Of a stretch of DNA of 64,000 bases, positions 1 through 17,654 are shown one piece after another. Made by a program: the position numbers and the translations under genes. The DNA is from the human T2T-CHM13v2.0 reference genome, Homo sapiens, in NCBI RefSeq assembly GCF_009914755.1, contig NC_060930.1; one strand, given 5' to 3'. Each line of letters begins with the position of its first letter. Within the stretch, counting starts at the first letter, position 1. The notes beneath the pieces are model-generated. The model saw only the letters and a list, made by a program, of their open reading frames with translations. It had not been told where the DNA came from and searched no databases.

Positions 1-5
1 GATGC

Positions 6-421
6 TGTGTTGGTTTCCTAGGGATGCTCTAACGAATTACCACAAACCTGGTGGATTGAAACAGCAGAACTTGATTCCCTTACAGTTCTGGAGGCTGGAA
101 ATCTGGGATGGAGGTGTTGGCAGGGCTGTGGTCCCTTTGAAGGCTCTGGGGAAGAATCCTTCCTTGGCTCTTTTTAGCTTGTGGCGGCAGTGGGCAGTCC
201 GTGGCATTCCCCAGCTTATTGCTGCATCACTCCAGTCTCTGTCTCTTCTGTTCTCTCCTCTTTTAACAACAGTCATTGGATTTAGGGCCCACCCTAATCC
301 TGTGTGATCTTATCTTGATCCTTATTAATTAAACCTGCAAATACTCTAGTTCCAAATAAAGTCACATTCTCAGGTTCCAGGTGGACATGAATTCCAGGGG
401 GAAATGATTCAACTCACTACA
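6..421 (-). mobile_element. MLT1 (ERVL-MaLR) solo LTR
   Basis: Hallmark segments ttacagttctggaggctggaa, cattggatttagggcccaccctaatcc, and terminus ttcaactcactaca. Confidence 0.85.
355..360 (+). terminator. Candidate proximal poly(A) signal AATAAA inside an antisense MLT1 LTR
   Basis: tccaAATAAAgtcacattc; usage is inferred. Confidence 0.45.
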
Positions 422-789
422 GACAGCTGGGAGGGAGGGGCCCCTTCCTGGGCCCCGTGCTGAGGCCTTGTGCTCTGTGAAGGAACCCAATGTGTTTGGC
501 TGCTAAATTAAGGGAGTTGCAGAGAGAGCTGCAGCTGGTGCGATTGCATTCAGGTTATTTTGGGTGAGTGATAAGCAATCAAGATATGAAACAACAGCAG
601 GCTCGGAGACTGCGAGCTGCACAGGCAGAAATGGGCTCTTGCCTGGCTTGATGGCAAACCGTTCTGCTCCCTTTGGGAGATGGCACAGCTCTCCAGAGCT
701 TTGACCTGACAGTGGCTAGAACCTCTCTGTTTTTATCTGAGAAACTTTGGCAGAACAAATTTCCATGTGCACAAGCTGTCGGGCACAGT

Positions 790-975
790 GGGTCTCAAAT
801 TTCCTTGTGCACCAGGGGACTTGTTAAAATGCAGATTCCTGGGCCCCACCCCAGGGCTTGTGACTCAGCAGGTCTGGAGTTGAGACCTTAGAATGTGCAT
901 TTGAATGAGGACCTCTCGCCCTGACCCAAGCCTAGTGATTCTGATGGATATCAGACCATAGTTCGAGACATTTAG
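790..975. mobile_element. MER5A (hAT-Charlie MITE)
   Basis: cttgttaaaatgcagattcctgggccccacccca...gcaggtctgg matches the MER5A core. Confidence 0.75.
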
Positions 976-995
976 TGGATTTCAGTCATACTTGA

Positions 996-1712
<717 letters not shown>

Positions 1713-1717
1713 CACAG

Positions 1718-2118
<401 letters not shown>

Positions 2119-3625
2119 TCAAGGGTTGCCCAGCCTTCCCTCTTCACGCCAGTCTGAGACCCTTACTGCTGACTGTGTCCATGGTCTCTGTTTTCTCTCC
2201 CACAGAATGGCCCTGCTGTCAAGGAGCTGGGGAGTCCTTGACTGGGACTGGCTAGTCTTGCCACAGCCCTGGCCTCGCTGGTTACTAAAACTGCCCCAGG
2301 TTCCCTGAGTCTACATCCCTCTAAGCCTCCTGAGAATTCTCACTGCCCCAAGGAAAAAGTCTAGCCTTCCTTCTTGGCCTGGCATTCAAAACCCCTTGTG
2401 TTCTCTCTAATCTCATCAGCTCCCACTGCCTCCCCTAGCTAGTCCTTACGTCAGTGTGGGACACCAGTCCTGGGATCCACCGTAAGGTTCATTCTGCATT
2501 CACAGGTTAAAGGTCTTGACAAGTCCTGCAGTAAAGAGATCCGTTCCTCATTTAATCCAGAACTTCCCAGATGTACTTAACCGCAGGACCCATTTTCTCC
2601 CAACAGCATGACACACATAGCCTTTTTTGCCCAGTGCAGCCCAGTGCACAGGTCCCGATATTGCCTCTCCCCAAGTAGGCTTGGCCTTCTTTTAGTGCCC
2701 GTGCGTGGAAGGCCCTCCATTCTCCTCTCCATTCTCCTTGGCCTTCAAGGCTCTACCTTAGGCCTCCCTCCAGGCAGCTGTTCTCCATCATCCCCCCTGG
2801 GCTGCAGGCCCTCTGTGGGCAGCATTTAGTGTGTGGTTTGGCCTCCCCTTCCCATTGCCCACTGTGAGCAAATACCTGTGCGTGAATGAATAATGAGTGA
2901 AAGATGTCCCAGGGGCCTGTCGGTCACTTCTTTGCCCCGACCAGGCCAATGTCATATGGAAGGTGGCAGAGAGCCCAGCAGGAAGCAGAAGTGGGCGGCC
3001 CTGGGCTGTACCTTTGAGCTGCTCTCCTGAAAATCTCTATTATTTCAGACTCCCAGACCCCACCCCCCGCTTCATCCTCTGGTGTCCTCCTAGGCCATCC
3101 CCACTCCGGAATTAAACCTCAGCCCCTCCCACAGAGTTTTCTCAAATCTGTGAAGTTTCTTCAAAAGGCGGTGGAGGTGCTCAGCAGTGCAAGGTGGGGG
3201 GTGGAGGGGGTGGGGAGTAGAGGGAGTGGGGGTTCCACGGGTTTGGGTCTTGCCCAGTGGGCACATGGCCTGTGTAATAGGAAACAAGTCCATTCTCCTG
3301 CTGTGGGGGGCAGAGGAGCTGGCGGGGCGAGGGAGGGGGAGATGTGGGCTCAGGTATTCTTGGTGGATGCGCTTCGTTCTGTGGCTGATGGGGTGGCTTA
3401 AAAGATCTTAACAGAGAGAGATCAGGAAGCCAGACTGCAAGGTGGGGGACATTTCCTAAGAGCAAGTGTACCCTCCATTCCCTCTTTTGAGGAACAAAGA
3501 GTATCTTTGCTGGGGCCTGAGTCATCCATGAAAACAGACAGCAGCGGTGTCCCAGGGCAGGGCTTGCCTGGCGTGGATTGGGGTGGTGCTGCCCCCAGTG
3601 AGGGGCAGCACAAGGGGAGACAGAA

Positions 3626-3742
3626 ATGGAGGAATAGCCCCCGTAAGGGCAAGCCCAGTGTGCACCAGTGCCCAGAGCTGCCTGATGGAGGAACAGCTCC
3701 GTAAGGGTGAACCCAGTGTGCACGGGTGCCCGGAGCTGCCTG
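3626..3742. repeat. Two-copy ~59-bp tandem duplication
   Basis: atggaggaatagcccccgtaagggcaagcccagtgtgcaccagtgcccagagctgcctg (3626-3684) versus atggaggaacagctccgtaagggtgaacccagtgtgcacgggtgcccggagctgcctg (3685-3742). Confidence 0.9.
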
Positions 3743-4275
3743 CGTGAGGCTGGGGGCTAGTTTGGATGAGGGCATGGCTCAACTTTCACTTGGCACATTG
3801 AAATAGCTTTTGCTGTCTGCTAGGGTGTGGAAAACTGTTTTTCCATGGCCCCAAGCAATGCTATAGCTACAGCTGAGGAGGGAGGAATCTCTCCCTGCCT
3901 CTCCTCCCAACTCTTGGCTTTTGCTTCCTTAAATTTGAACAATTCCCTAAGATCTAATGCTGGGAGGCTCCCCTTCCTTCATTACACAGTGAACTCATGT
4001 GCTCTATCTGCATTCCCCCTAAATCCTCCTGAGCTTTTAGGTAAGAGGCCGATGATTTCACAATCGGCAGCAGAGGCCTAAGGCCATTCCATCAAACTGA
4101 AGATGGCAGCAAGTTGTCCTCACTTCTTCATTGAGCACCCATGGGTGTGTACTGGAGCAAGGGTGGTGCCAGGGATTCTCCTGCTCTGGTTCCTCCTGCG
4201 GGGTCCCTGCTCAGCTGGGCAGCTGCCCTCACTCTGGGCGGGTGGCATGTGAGTGTCAACAGGGCCCCTCTCAGT

Positions 4276-4900
4276 CAGGGGCTCTTGGCCATTTTTTGTG
4301 CCATGGATCGCTTCTCAAAATCATATTTTCTTTTCTTTTCTTTTGAGATGGGGTCTCACTCCATTACCCAGGCTGGAGTGCAGTGGTGCAATCACAGCTC
4401 ACTGTAGCCTCGACCTCCCTGGGTTCAGGTGATCCTCCCACCTCAGCCTCCCAAGTAGCTGGGACTATAGGCATGCACCACCATGCCTGGCTAATTTCAG
4501 AATAATATTTTCATACACATAAAATATGTAGGATTACAAAGTAAGCTAGTTATATTTATATACAGTTGTCAAAATATTTTTAAAATGTATAACGTGATAC
4601 TATGTGTATAGGTTTCTTTATTAACATATTGAATAAAAAGATCGAGGGTAGGCCTATTAAACAATGGTAAACTGAAGAGAGATGAGTGTAAACAATATTT
4701 TAAGATACCTGTGGCAAACTGTAAAGGGATATGAAAAACTCTGTAATTTCTATTGGCACTGCTGATACAACTGCACTTTGCTACCTTTGTTCATAACCAA
4801 GGAAATAGAAATGACTGAAAATAAAGTTGTATTCTATTCCAATCCAAGTGCACAGACCCCTGAATTCTATAGTTTGTGGACCCCAGTTATGAGCTATTGG
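4276..4900. mobile_element. hAT-Charlie DNA transposon relic (MER119-like) interrupted by a minus-strand Alu monomer at ~4330-4497
   Basis: Terminal caggggctcttggccattttttgtgccatgg and internal taggattacaaag...tacagttgtcaaaata. The Alu is flanked by the degenerate TSD caaaatcatattttc / cagaataatattttc. Confidence 0.6.
4820..4825 (+). terminator. Candidate distal poly(A) signal AATAAA inside a hAT-Charlie relic
   Basis: actgaaAATAAAgttgtattc, with T/GT-rich tatagtttgtg ~45 nt downstream; usage is inferred. Confidence 0.45.
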
Positions 4901-5114
4901 AATGAGGCTGTTCTAGCTACTGAAATGAGGCTTTAGGTATCCTCTGTCAATTCCTAACAAACCCCCTAGCCCCACCCTCTATGATCATGGAGCCAGGCTG
5001 GAAACTTCCAGCACTGCACCTGGACGCCCACACACTCATCAGGGCCCGCTCCTCTGGACCGCCCAACCTCACCATCTGGGTAGAAATGGACCTGACTGGG
5101 GCATTTTGCTAGGG

Positions 5115-5453
5115 CAGCACTCCCCAACGTTTTTAGCTCCAGGGACTGGTTTTGTGGAAGACAACTTTTCCATGGATGGAAAGGTTTTGGGTGGGGAATG
5201 GTTTTGGGTGAAACTGTTCCACTTCAGATCATCAGGCATTAGATTCTCATAAGGAACGTGCAACCTGGATCCCTTGCATGTGCAGTTCACAATAGGGTTC
5301 GTGCTCCTATGAGAATCTTGTGCCGCCACTGATCTGGCAGGAGGCAGAGCTCAGGCTGTAATACTCACCTGCGGCTCACCTCCAGCTATGCAGCTCGTTC
5401 CTAACAGGCCACAGACAGGTATCGGCCCCCTGCCTGGGGGTTGGGGAACCCTG
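5115..5453. mobile_element. MER1B (hAT-Charlie), full length
   Basis: TIRs cagcactcccc / ggggaaccctg, 8-bp TSD tgctaggg/tgttaggg, internal ggcattagattctcataagga. Confidence 0.9.
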
Positions 5454-6149
5454 TGTTAGGGAATTGGTGGAGGCCTCTATATCTAGTTTGCAGAATGGGT
5501 GGAACTCCTCCATCCCTGCCCTACTGTGGTCCCTCTAAACAATTTTACTGATGAAGACACTTAGGCCCAGAGTAGGGCCAGGGCTCAGGTCTCCAATTTA
5601 CCACTGCACCATTCTTCCTGCTGCCAGTGTGGCACGGGCACTATGGAGATGAATTTGTGTTTTTTGCTCCCTGTGTTACTGCCCCTGAGCCCCCGGCCAC
5701 CATAGGCACAAAGGTAGCCACACCTTGGGACAAGTTTGTGTTAACTGGCCAAGAGAAGGAGCTGCCACAATACATTCCTCTCTGTGTTCCCAAAGGTCTC
5801 ACTATTGAGAATATTTGGCCAGGACCCTGGGATGGGACAAGGTGGGGGATGAGAGAGGGAAGTGTGGTTGGGAAGCACTGTGGCTTAGATAGGAGGTTTC
5901 TCCTGACCAGAAGGAGTTTGAAGCCCATGAGTCCCCATATTCATTTGGGACGGTGCCAGCTCCCCACAACACCCTGGCAAAGCCCAGGAAGGAGCTGCTG
6001 GGTGTGCCCGGGAAGGCTGGACCCTAAGACCAGGGCTCCTGGTTTTGGCTGAAATTTCTGTGTCCGGAGTGTGGCCTGGGGCAGCAGACCATGGACCCCA
6101 AAGAGCCCTGTGGACTGGGTCAGTGGTCTTCTGAGACAGACGTGTTGGT

Positions 6150-6660
6150 TACCCACCCAACAGCCATTCTCCCATCTTCCTTAAAGAACTCACATTTTAT
6201 TCTAGATGCAGCTTGCTTGGGAAGGTGGCCTTTCCCCCAGCTCCAGAAGGTGACCCATGAAAGCCCTAAACCAAATGTGCTGATTTTCCCTTTGCTAGGG
6301 ATCGATTTAGGACTCAGTCCTGCCCAAGAGAACTTGGGAGAAGTCTGGGAAGAAGATACAGGTGGTCTGCACCTGCTACCTGCCCTGAAGATGGTTTTGT
6401 GAGCTCTGCAGCTCTGGCAGCCATGGTGTGACTATGAGGTAGCAAGCCTAGGGTAAAAGGCCCATACACTGAGGACGATGGAATGGAAGGATGGAAAGTT
6501 CCTAAATGCTTGGATACATCAGGGAACTATGAAACCACTCTGAGGACTGCCTGCCTCTAGACCTCTTGCTGTGTGAAATAACTAAATAATCACTTTTTAG
6601 CTTAAGCCGCTATCAGGCAGGTTTCTTGTATGTATGGCTCATACATTCTTAACTGGCACA
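6150..6660 (+). mobile_element. Old MLT1 (J/K-like) LTR relic
   Basis: gcagccatggtgtgactatgagg...ctgcctctagacctcttgctgtgtgaaataa...ttaagccgct pattern. Confidence 0.5.
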
Positions 6661-6806
6661 GCATCTCAGTGGTTTCAATACAGACTCATATGCACGGGGG
6701 CTTTCTCCAGATTGTGGGGTCCGTAAGATGGCAGAAGTTTTGTAAAGTTCCCAGGAAGAACCACAGTAAAGGCTGCAGTTGGATTTCCTCCAGCCCGGCA
6801 GGATAG

Positions 6807-7076
<270 letters not shown>

Positions 7077-8519
7077 CAATCTTTCTTTTTTATCTTCCAT
7101 CAGAGGAAGTGGCACCCCTCTCTAATGCTGCTCTCTCCTTGTGTGGTACACTATAGTAGTTAAGTGTTAGCTCTGGAGATATCACGTTCTTCTCACCAGC
7201 CCTGTGATCTGGGGCCTCAGTTTCTTCATCTGTAAAATGAGGACAGTAACACTAAAGAAATAAAGATAAGGAATGTACTCAGAACAGTACCTGGCACAAA
7301 GGAAGTGCTTGCCAAGCATTAACTGTTATTTTTATTATTTTCTCTACCACATCCTCTTCCCTCCTCGATTACCCCATCTTCCTGACATCTCCACTTCCTC
7401 CTTCTCAGTAGCAGTTTTTCCCACTCACCTTGTGTCCATGTTAAATCCCTCCTCAGTGGGTCTACTACCTTATTCCCACCTGGGTTCTTTACCTTCTTGA
7501 CAAACTGTCTTCAAAGAGGAGTCTGTGTTTGTCACCTCTGTTTTCTCACCACGACTCCCTAGCAAACACCCTGATACCTGCCTTCACCATCTACCCTTCT
7601 TCCACAAGGACTCTGTCATGTTCTACAGCAGTCTCTGATCAACAAATCTTGCTGTCCTGGGTCCCAGGCCTCTCCACCATGCCTGCCACCCCCTTCTACA
7701 GGGAGCCCCTCTTCCTCAGTGGTGTGACTGTCTCCCACCCCCCCAGTGCCTTCCAGCTCTATCTCCCCAGTCTGGTCACTGGGCCAGCTTCCTCCTGCCT
7801 TTGACTTAGCTCACAGAGCAAAGTCCTTAGCCTGTGGCTTCCCTTTCTTCCCAGCCGTACTGGCCCTCCAGCCTGGTCCTCTCTCTAGAGCCTGGATCTG
7901 ACTCCGGAGGCTTTCCGTGGAATCCTCCCACTGGGCCACCACATCTCTTCCCACTTAACCTTCCTAAACTAACCTCCCTAGACCAGCTCTCCCATCAGAC
8001 TCCCCCACTCTGGCCCACGATGCCCTCTATCCCTTGGCCATTTAGCAGGGCCACCTTGCTGGCCCCTCCCTGCCTCTGCCTTGTTTCCCTGTTCATCCCA
8101 CATCTCGGGGCCCCTCTGTGATAAGGCTCCTCCCAGCTATTCTGTGTTGGCCACTCTAGGCCCCTTTGCACCTGTTCTATTATAAGATTAATAATACACA
8201 ATGATTTCCTCCCTCTAGGCTCTTCCTTTTCTTATCTGTTCTGCTGCCAGATCCTTCTCCCTTAATGCTGCTGAGACATTTCATCCCCTTGCTCAAAAGC
8301 CAAAAATAGCCCCCTCTTGCTTACAGCACCAGGTACCATACCCCGCCTGGCTGTGTTAGTTCCCACAGTAGGAACACAGCTGGGTTACAGCAGCTCTTGC
8401 TTGTATTACAACCCCAGTAGCCTTTCGGGCAAGGTCTGCTGAGTGTGGAGTTAAGAGCCTCAGTTTTGCATTCAAAAAGACCCGGGGTTGCATCCTGGCT
8501 TTGCCACTTATTAGCCATG

Positions 8520-10200
8520 TGTATTAGTCAGGGTTCTCCAGAGAAACAGAACCAACAGGATATATGCAGAACTTGCAAAAATCTCTATCATCTATCTATA
8601 TCCACCTATATCTATATCATCTATATATATCATCTATCTGTATCTGTATCTATCATTTTTGGGGGACCTGCCCCAAAAATCACGTAGGTTCTTTTCTATT
8701 TTCCTAAGCATCGGCTGGCTTGAGAAATAAAGGGACAGAGTACAAAAGAGAGAAACTTTAAAGCTGGGCATCCGGTGGAGACAGCACATGTTGGTAGGAT
8801 CCGTGATGCCCCACAAGCCACAAAAACCAGCAAGTTTTTATTAGGGACTTTCAAAAGGGGAGGGAGTGTGCGAATAGGTTTGGGTGACAGAAATCAGGTA
8901 CTTAACAGGGTAATAGAATATCACAAGGCAAGTGGAGGCAGGGCGAGATCACAGGACCACAAGATGGAGGCGAAATTAAAATTGCTAATAAAGTTTCGGG
9001 CACCATTGTCATTGATAACATCTTATCAGGAGACAGGGTTTTGAGATCAACCGGTCTGACCAAAATTTATTAGGCGGGAATTTCCTCTTCCTAATAAGCC
9101 TGGGAGTGCTATGGGAGACTGGAGTCTATCTCACCTCTGCAATCTCGACCATAAGAGACAGGTACGCCCTGTGGGGGTCAGTTCAGAGACCTACCCCTAG
9201 GTGCGCATTCTCTTTCTCAGGGATATTCCATGCTGAGAAAAAGAATTCAGCAATATTTCTCCCATTTACTTTTGAAAGAAGAGAAATATGGCTCTGTTCT
9301 GCGCGGCTCACCGGTGGTCGGAGTTTAAGGTTATCTCTCTTATTCCCTGAACAATTGCTGTTATTCTGTTCTTTTTTCAGGGTGCCCACATTTCATATTG
9401 CTCAAACACACATGCTGTACAATTTGTGCAGTTAATGCAATTATCACATAGTCCTGAGGAGACATACATCCTCCTCGGCTGACAGGATTAAGAGACTAAA
9501 GTAAAGACAGGCATAGGAAATCACAAGGGTATTGACTGGGGAAGTGATAAGTGTCCATGAAATCTTTACAATTTATGTTTAGAGACTGCAGTAAAGACAG
9601 GCATAAGAAATTACAAAAGTATTAATTTGGGGAACTAATAAATGTCCATAAAATCTTCACAATCCACGTTCTTCTGCCATGGTTTCAGCCGGTCCCTGTT
9701 TGGGGTCCCTGACTTCCCGCAACATATCATGTATATCTATAATCTATATCTATCATCTATCTATATCTGTATCTATCATCTGTCATCTATATCTGTATCT
9801 ATCATCTATCTATTATCTATCTATCTATATATCTATCTATCCTTATTTATTTTTAGGAATTGGCTGACAAGATTGCTGGGGATTAGCAAGTCTGAAGTTT
9901 GTAGGACAGACCAGCTGGCTAGCAATTCAGGTAAGAGTTGATGTTGCAATCTTGAATCTGAAATTCATAGAGCAGGCCAGGCAGGCTGGAAACTCAGGCA
10001 AGATCTCTATGTTGTAGTCTTGAGTCAGAATTCCTTCTAGAAACCTCAACTTTGCTCTTAAGGCCTTTTCCTGATTGGTTGAGGCCCACCCTCAGTAGGG
10101 AGGGTAATCTGCTACAACCAACTGATTGTAAATGCTAATTCCATCTACAAAATTTCTTTGCAGCAACATCTAGACTGTTTAACCAAATAACTGGGCATGT
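8520..10200 (-). mobile_element. MLT2 (ERVL) LTR split by a (TATC)n-like repeat and a MER11 insertion; itself inside a MIR (~8430-8520 and ~10200-10360)
   Basis: tgtattagtcagggttctccagagaaacagaaccaacagga at 8520, resuming as ggaattggct...gcaagtctgaa...gcaggctggaaactcaggca after 9850. Confidence 0.8.
8657..9724 (-). mobile_element. MER11 solo LTR (HERV-K11/HML-8)
   Basis: Reverse complement begins tgttgcgggaagtcagggacccc; ~1.07 kb; perfect 6-bp TSD tatcat (8651-8656, 9725-9730), the length expected for class II ERVs. Confidence 0.9.
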
Positions 10201-11254
10201 AAGCCTGCTTGTCACACCATGCATTTTGGAGCAGGGTATTTTCCTCCTCTGAGCCTTATTTTCCTTCTCCAAGATGGAATCTTGGAAGAGCTCAGCTCAT
10301 AGAACTAGTGAGGGTAAAGTGCATACAGAGTGCACAGTAAATATTAGCTATTTTTACTATTGTTGTGGTTCTATCAGTGGGTACTCAAAAACACTTGTGG
10401 ATGATGTTAATACTCTTGGGAATATGGGACCTACAAAACACGGCTGCTGCCCTCCAGTTTTTGGTTGGGCTGTGTAGGTATAACACGCAAGTATGGAGGT
10501 GAACCGTGCTTATTCCCATCTGACTCTGGGGCCCAACAGACTGGTTCAGAGCCTTTAGTTCATGTACAAACTCCCAAAGGAACAAAATCTTCCACAATTC
10601 TTCACATTCATTTTTGGGAAGGGAGGAATAAAGTTTCTCCACTGGTTTCTTCATTTTTGCGGGGATTTGGAACAATATATCAAAAAGAATTAAATTTTAC
10701 TTCTTCAGCAGCCATTTCACATTTTGTAAGAACTGCATATTTATGCCAGTAAACAACGAAGCAGGAACAAGATGATAGCTCTGTTTTCCTGGAAATCAGG
10801 AAATCAATCAAGCTGTCTCAAACTGAGATGTCTGCATTGTGAAATCTTGCTAACATTCCAAAAAGCTGTTTTAAATAAGAGTAATTTTTGTAAGTGGAAA
10901 TTCTCTCCCTCTCTTTTTCCCCCCTCACCCCTCTCCCTTCCTTCCCTCCTTTCTTTTTTTAAACCAGTGTTGCCCACTGATTACTTCTGATGTGTTCGGC
11001 CTAGGCATCAATTTTTAAAAATAGGTGGGATGGGATATGGGTTTCTCTGCTTCTCTGAGACCTTTTCATTGTTTCTGCCCAATTAATTGGCACCCATCTC
11101 TGCCTGCCTAGGAGTCTGCTTGCCTTTGTCCACACCAGCCCTGCCTGTTCCTATCCTTTTTTTTTTACAGTGAAGCCATTACTTCAGCTGCCTCTTTCAG
11201 AACCAGGAATAAAATGATCTCAAAAGAACTTCTCTGTGTACAGTATTAAGATTT

Positions 11255-11258
<4 letters not shown>

Positions 11259-11301
<43 letters not shown>
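11259..11301. repeat. (CA)n microsatellite, followed by FLAM/Alu monomer (+, ~11320-11443)
   Basis: Uninterrupted run of ~21 CA units. Confidence 0.95.
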
Positions 11302-11303
<2 letters not shown>

Positions 11304-11459
11304 TTTATTTTAAGGGTACAGTGGGGCATGCGTGTATTCCCAACTACTTGGGAAGCTGAAGCAGAAGGATCACTTGAGCTCAAGAGTTCAAAACCAGCCT
11401 GGGCAACACAGCAAGACCTCATCCTTTAAAAAACAAACAAAAACTTATACAATGAACAA

Positions 11460-12560
<1,101 letters not shown>

Positions 12561-12591
12561 TAAATAACATAATAAAAATAAGTAATAATAG

Positions 12592-12950
12592 TGATATGGG
12601 TTGGCTGTGTCCCCACCCAAATCTCATCTTGAATTGTAGCTCCCATAATTCCCATGTGTTGTGGGAGGGTCCCGGTGGGAGAGAACTGAATCACAGGGGA
12701 GGTTCCCCCATGATTCTGGAGGTAATGAATAAGTCTCACGGGATTTCATGGTTTGATAAGAGGTTTCCCCTTTTGCTTGGCTCTCACTCTCTCTTGCCTG
12801 CCACCATGTAAGGCGTGCCTTTTGCCTTCTTCCATGATTGTGAGGCCTCCTCAGCCACATGGAATTGTGAGTCCATTAAACCTCTTTCTCTTTATAAATT
12901 ACCCAGTCTCGGGTATGTCTTCATCAGCAGTGTGAAAATGGACTAATACA
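12592..12950 (+). mobile_element. THE1 (THE1B-like) solo LTR
   Basis: tgatatgggttggctgtgtccccacccaaatctcatc...gactaataca with 5-bp TSD aatag. Confidence 0.92.
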
Positions 12951-12964
12951 AATAGTAAATAAAT

Positions 12965-13842
<878 letters not shown>

Positions 13843-14619
13843 TGACTTGATTTATAGGCTTTACTTTCTTTTGTGTGAATTGAGCCCATTTCCCTGAAAG
13901 GACCTGGAGGTACTGCTCACAGCCAGAGGGAGTCAACTCATCAGTCATGCAAACACACGGAGTCCTGGGGGTGGTGGAAAGATGTTTCACTTCTCCCATT
14001 TTGATGCTGAACAATCCAGAGTTCACTTTGGATGGGCACCCTGGAGGCCCTTCCCGCTCTCATCTGGCTTCTTCCTTGTTGATCCTCTCTCCCTTTTCCA
14101 TCCTAACACCCACCTATCCCCTGGTAAGACATGTAGGGGATCTTCATTCTATTTGCATGAAATAAGGAAATAAAATATAACAGATATAAATCATGGGTAG
14201 TGTAGCTATCCTTTTGTTGCATGTTTTCTAGGTGCACTCTTCTGGGTACTTTAAATATATCACATCTAATCTTTGCACTAATTACACAGCAATTATTATT
14301 CCAATTTAACAAACAAAGAAACTGAATCTCTAAGAGTTTTTTTTTCTTAATTCCCCCAAAGTTTTCCTCTTACTGCAGTTTTTTCTTTTCAGTCTCTTCC
14401 ACCAGCAACTCCTCTGATGCATCTCCTAATGGTGGAGTGCCCATGGCTCTCTCCTTGGTTGCCCTTTTCTGTTCATGCTCCCCTCTAAATGGTCTCTTCT
14501 ACTCTCCTGGCTTTCCATACCATCCATATGCTGATGACTAGCAAATGCACATCTCTACCTTGGATGTTTGTATTTGATTTCAGACAAGTCAACATCTTCC
14601 CTTGAGTGTTTTAAATCAA

Positions 14620-16260
<1,641 letters not shown>

Positions 16261-16651
16261 TGGAATTGTACATATACAATGTATTTCATTATTATCATGT
16301 TGCTAATATCCTCACTTACATATTTTAATATATTTATTATGCTTATTCTAAACTCTTGGTTCATCTGTTCTAACGCATCTCTTTCTGATGTTATCCATCA
16401 TCTGGCCATGATTTTTTTTATTTTTTTATTTTGAAGTGGTTGTGTTACTCAGATATCTTAGTTTGGTCTGTGAACTCATATCCCCTAGCTCCTCTGTCCA
16501 ATAAGGAACACTGGGGAAGGACAGAAGCGACAGTATTACAGTAATGAGCTAAAGGGTGTGTGTGTGTGTATGTGTGTGTGTGAAAGACAGGACAGAGAGA
16601 GAAAGATGTGAAGGGTGTGATGGGGAAGAACAAACACTAAGAGAGCCCTGG

Positions 16652-17030
16652 TGCATTAGTCCGTTCTTATGCTGCTAATAAAGACATACCTGAGACTGGG
16701 TAATTTATAAAGGAGAAAGGCTTAATTGACTCACAGTTCAGCACGGCTGGGGAGGCCTCAGGAAACTGACAATCGTGGTAGAAGGGGAAGCAAACATGTC
16801 CTTCTCCACACAGTGGCAGGAAGGAGAAGAATGAGAGCTGAGTGAAGGGGGAAGCTCCTTATAAAACCATAAGATCCCATGAGAACTTACTCACTATCAC
16901 AAGAACAGCATGGGAGAAACCACTTCCATGATTCAATTACTTCCCACCAGGTCCTTCCCACGACATGTGGGGATTATGATAACTACAATTCAAGATGAGA
17001 TTTGGGTGGGGACACAGCCAAACCATATAA
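16652..17030 (-). mobile_element. THE1/MST solo LTR
   Basis: tgcattagtccgttctt...ggggacacagccaaaccatataa with 5-bp TSD cctgg. Confidence 0.9.
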
Positions 17031-17654
17031 CCTGGGCACCAGAAAACCAGTAACATCAAACCAATCTTCAGGTTAAGTCTTCATCTCAACCAGTCAGGGA
17101 GAAGCTATATTGGTAGGAGGGTTGGGAAGGTGACTTGAGGCTCTTCAACATCCACCCATGAAACTCCTCTACAGAGCAGAACTGCACTGTCCTGATTGTA
17201 TTCCCTGAACATCACTACAAAACAGCCCAGTACAATGTTAAATAGAAGCAGAGGTAATTAGATGAACCCATGGATATAAAGAGTCAAATATATATATACA
17301 CACATACATATAAACACACACACATATATAAAATATATAATATAAAATATGCATATATACAAATAATGCAAAATATATACAAAATATATATAATCTCTTA
17401 CAAAACTGAAGTTTATCAAAATGAATTGACAGATACTATTACTTTGTCTCTTCAACAACCATATTTTTCACACTATTTATTCAGGTAGCAAGAGAAGATC
17501 CCTTGTCCAATAGTTTTACGAAGATACGTTTGAATCAATTTTGCCTGGCACATGGTATGTTCTTTGACTTGAAAAGAAGAGTCAATCTTCTTTTATTTCA
17601 GAAAAGATTTTTAAATTTATATATTGAAATATATCTTGATCTAAATAATAAATA

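Noticed and set aside
3626-3742. Direct repeats as a CRISPR-like array
   Set aside because: Only two adjacent copies, no spacers, no cas genes, mammalian context.
3181-3782. 180-aa and neighbouring ORFs in the putative UTR
   Set aside because: GC-rich and partly produced by the tandem duplication; no domain or splice support.
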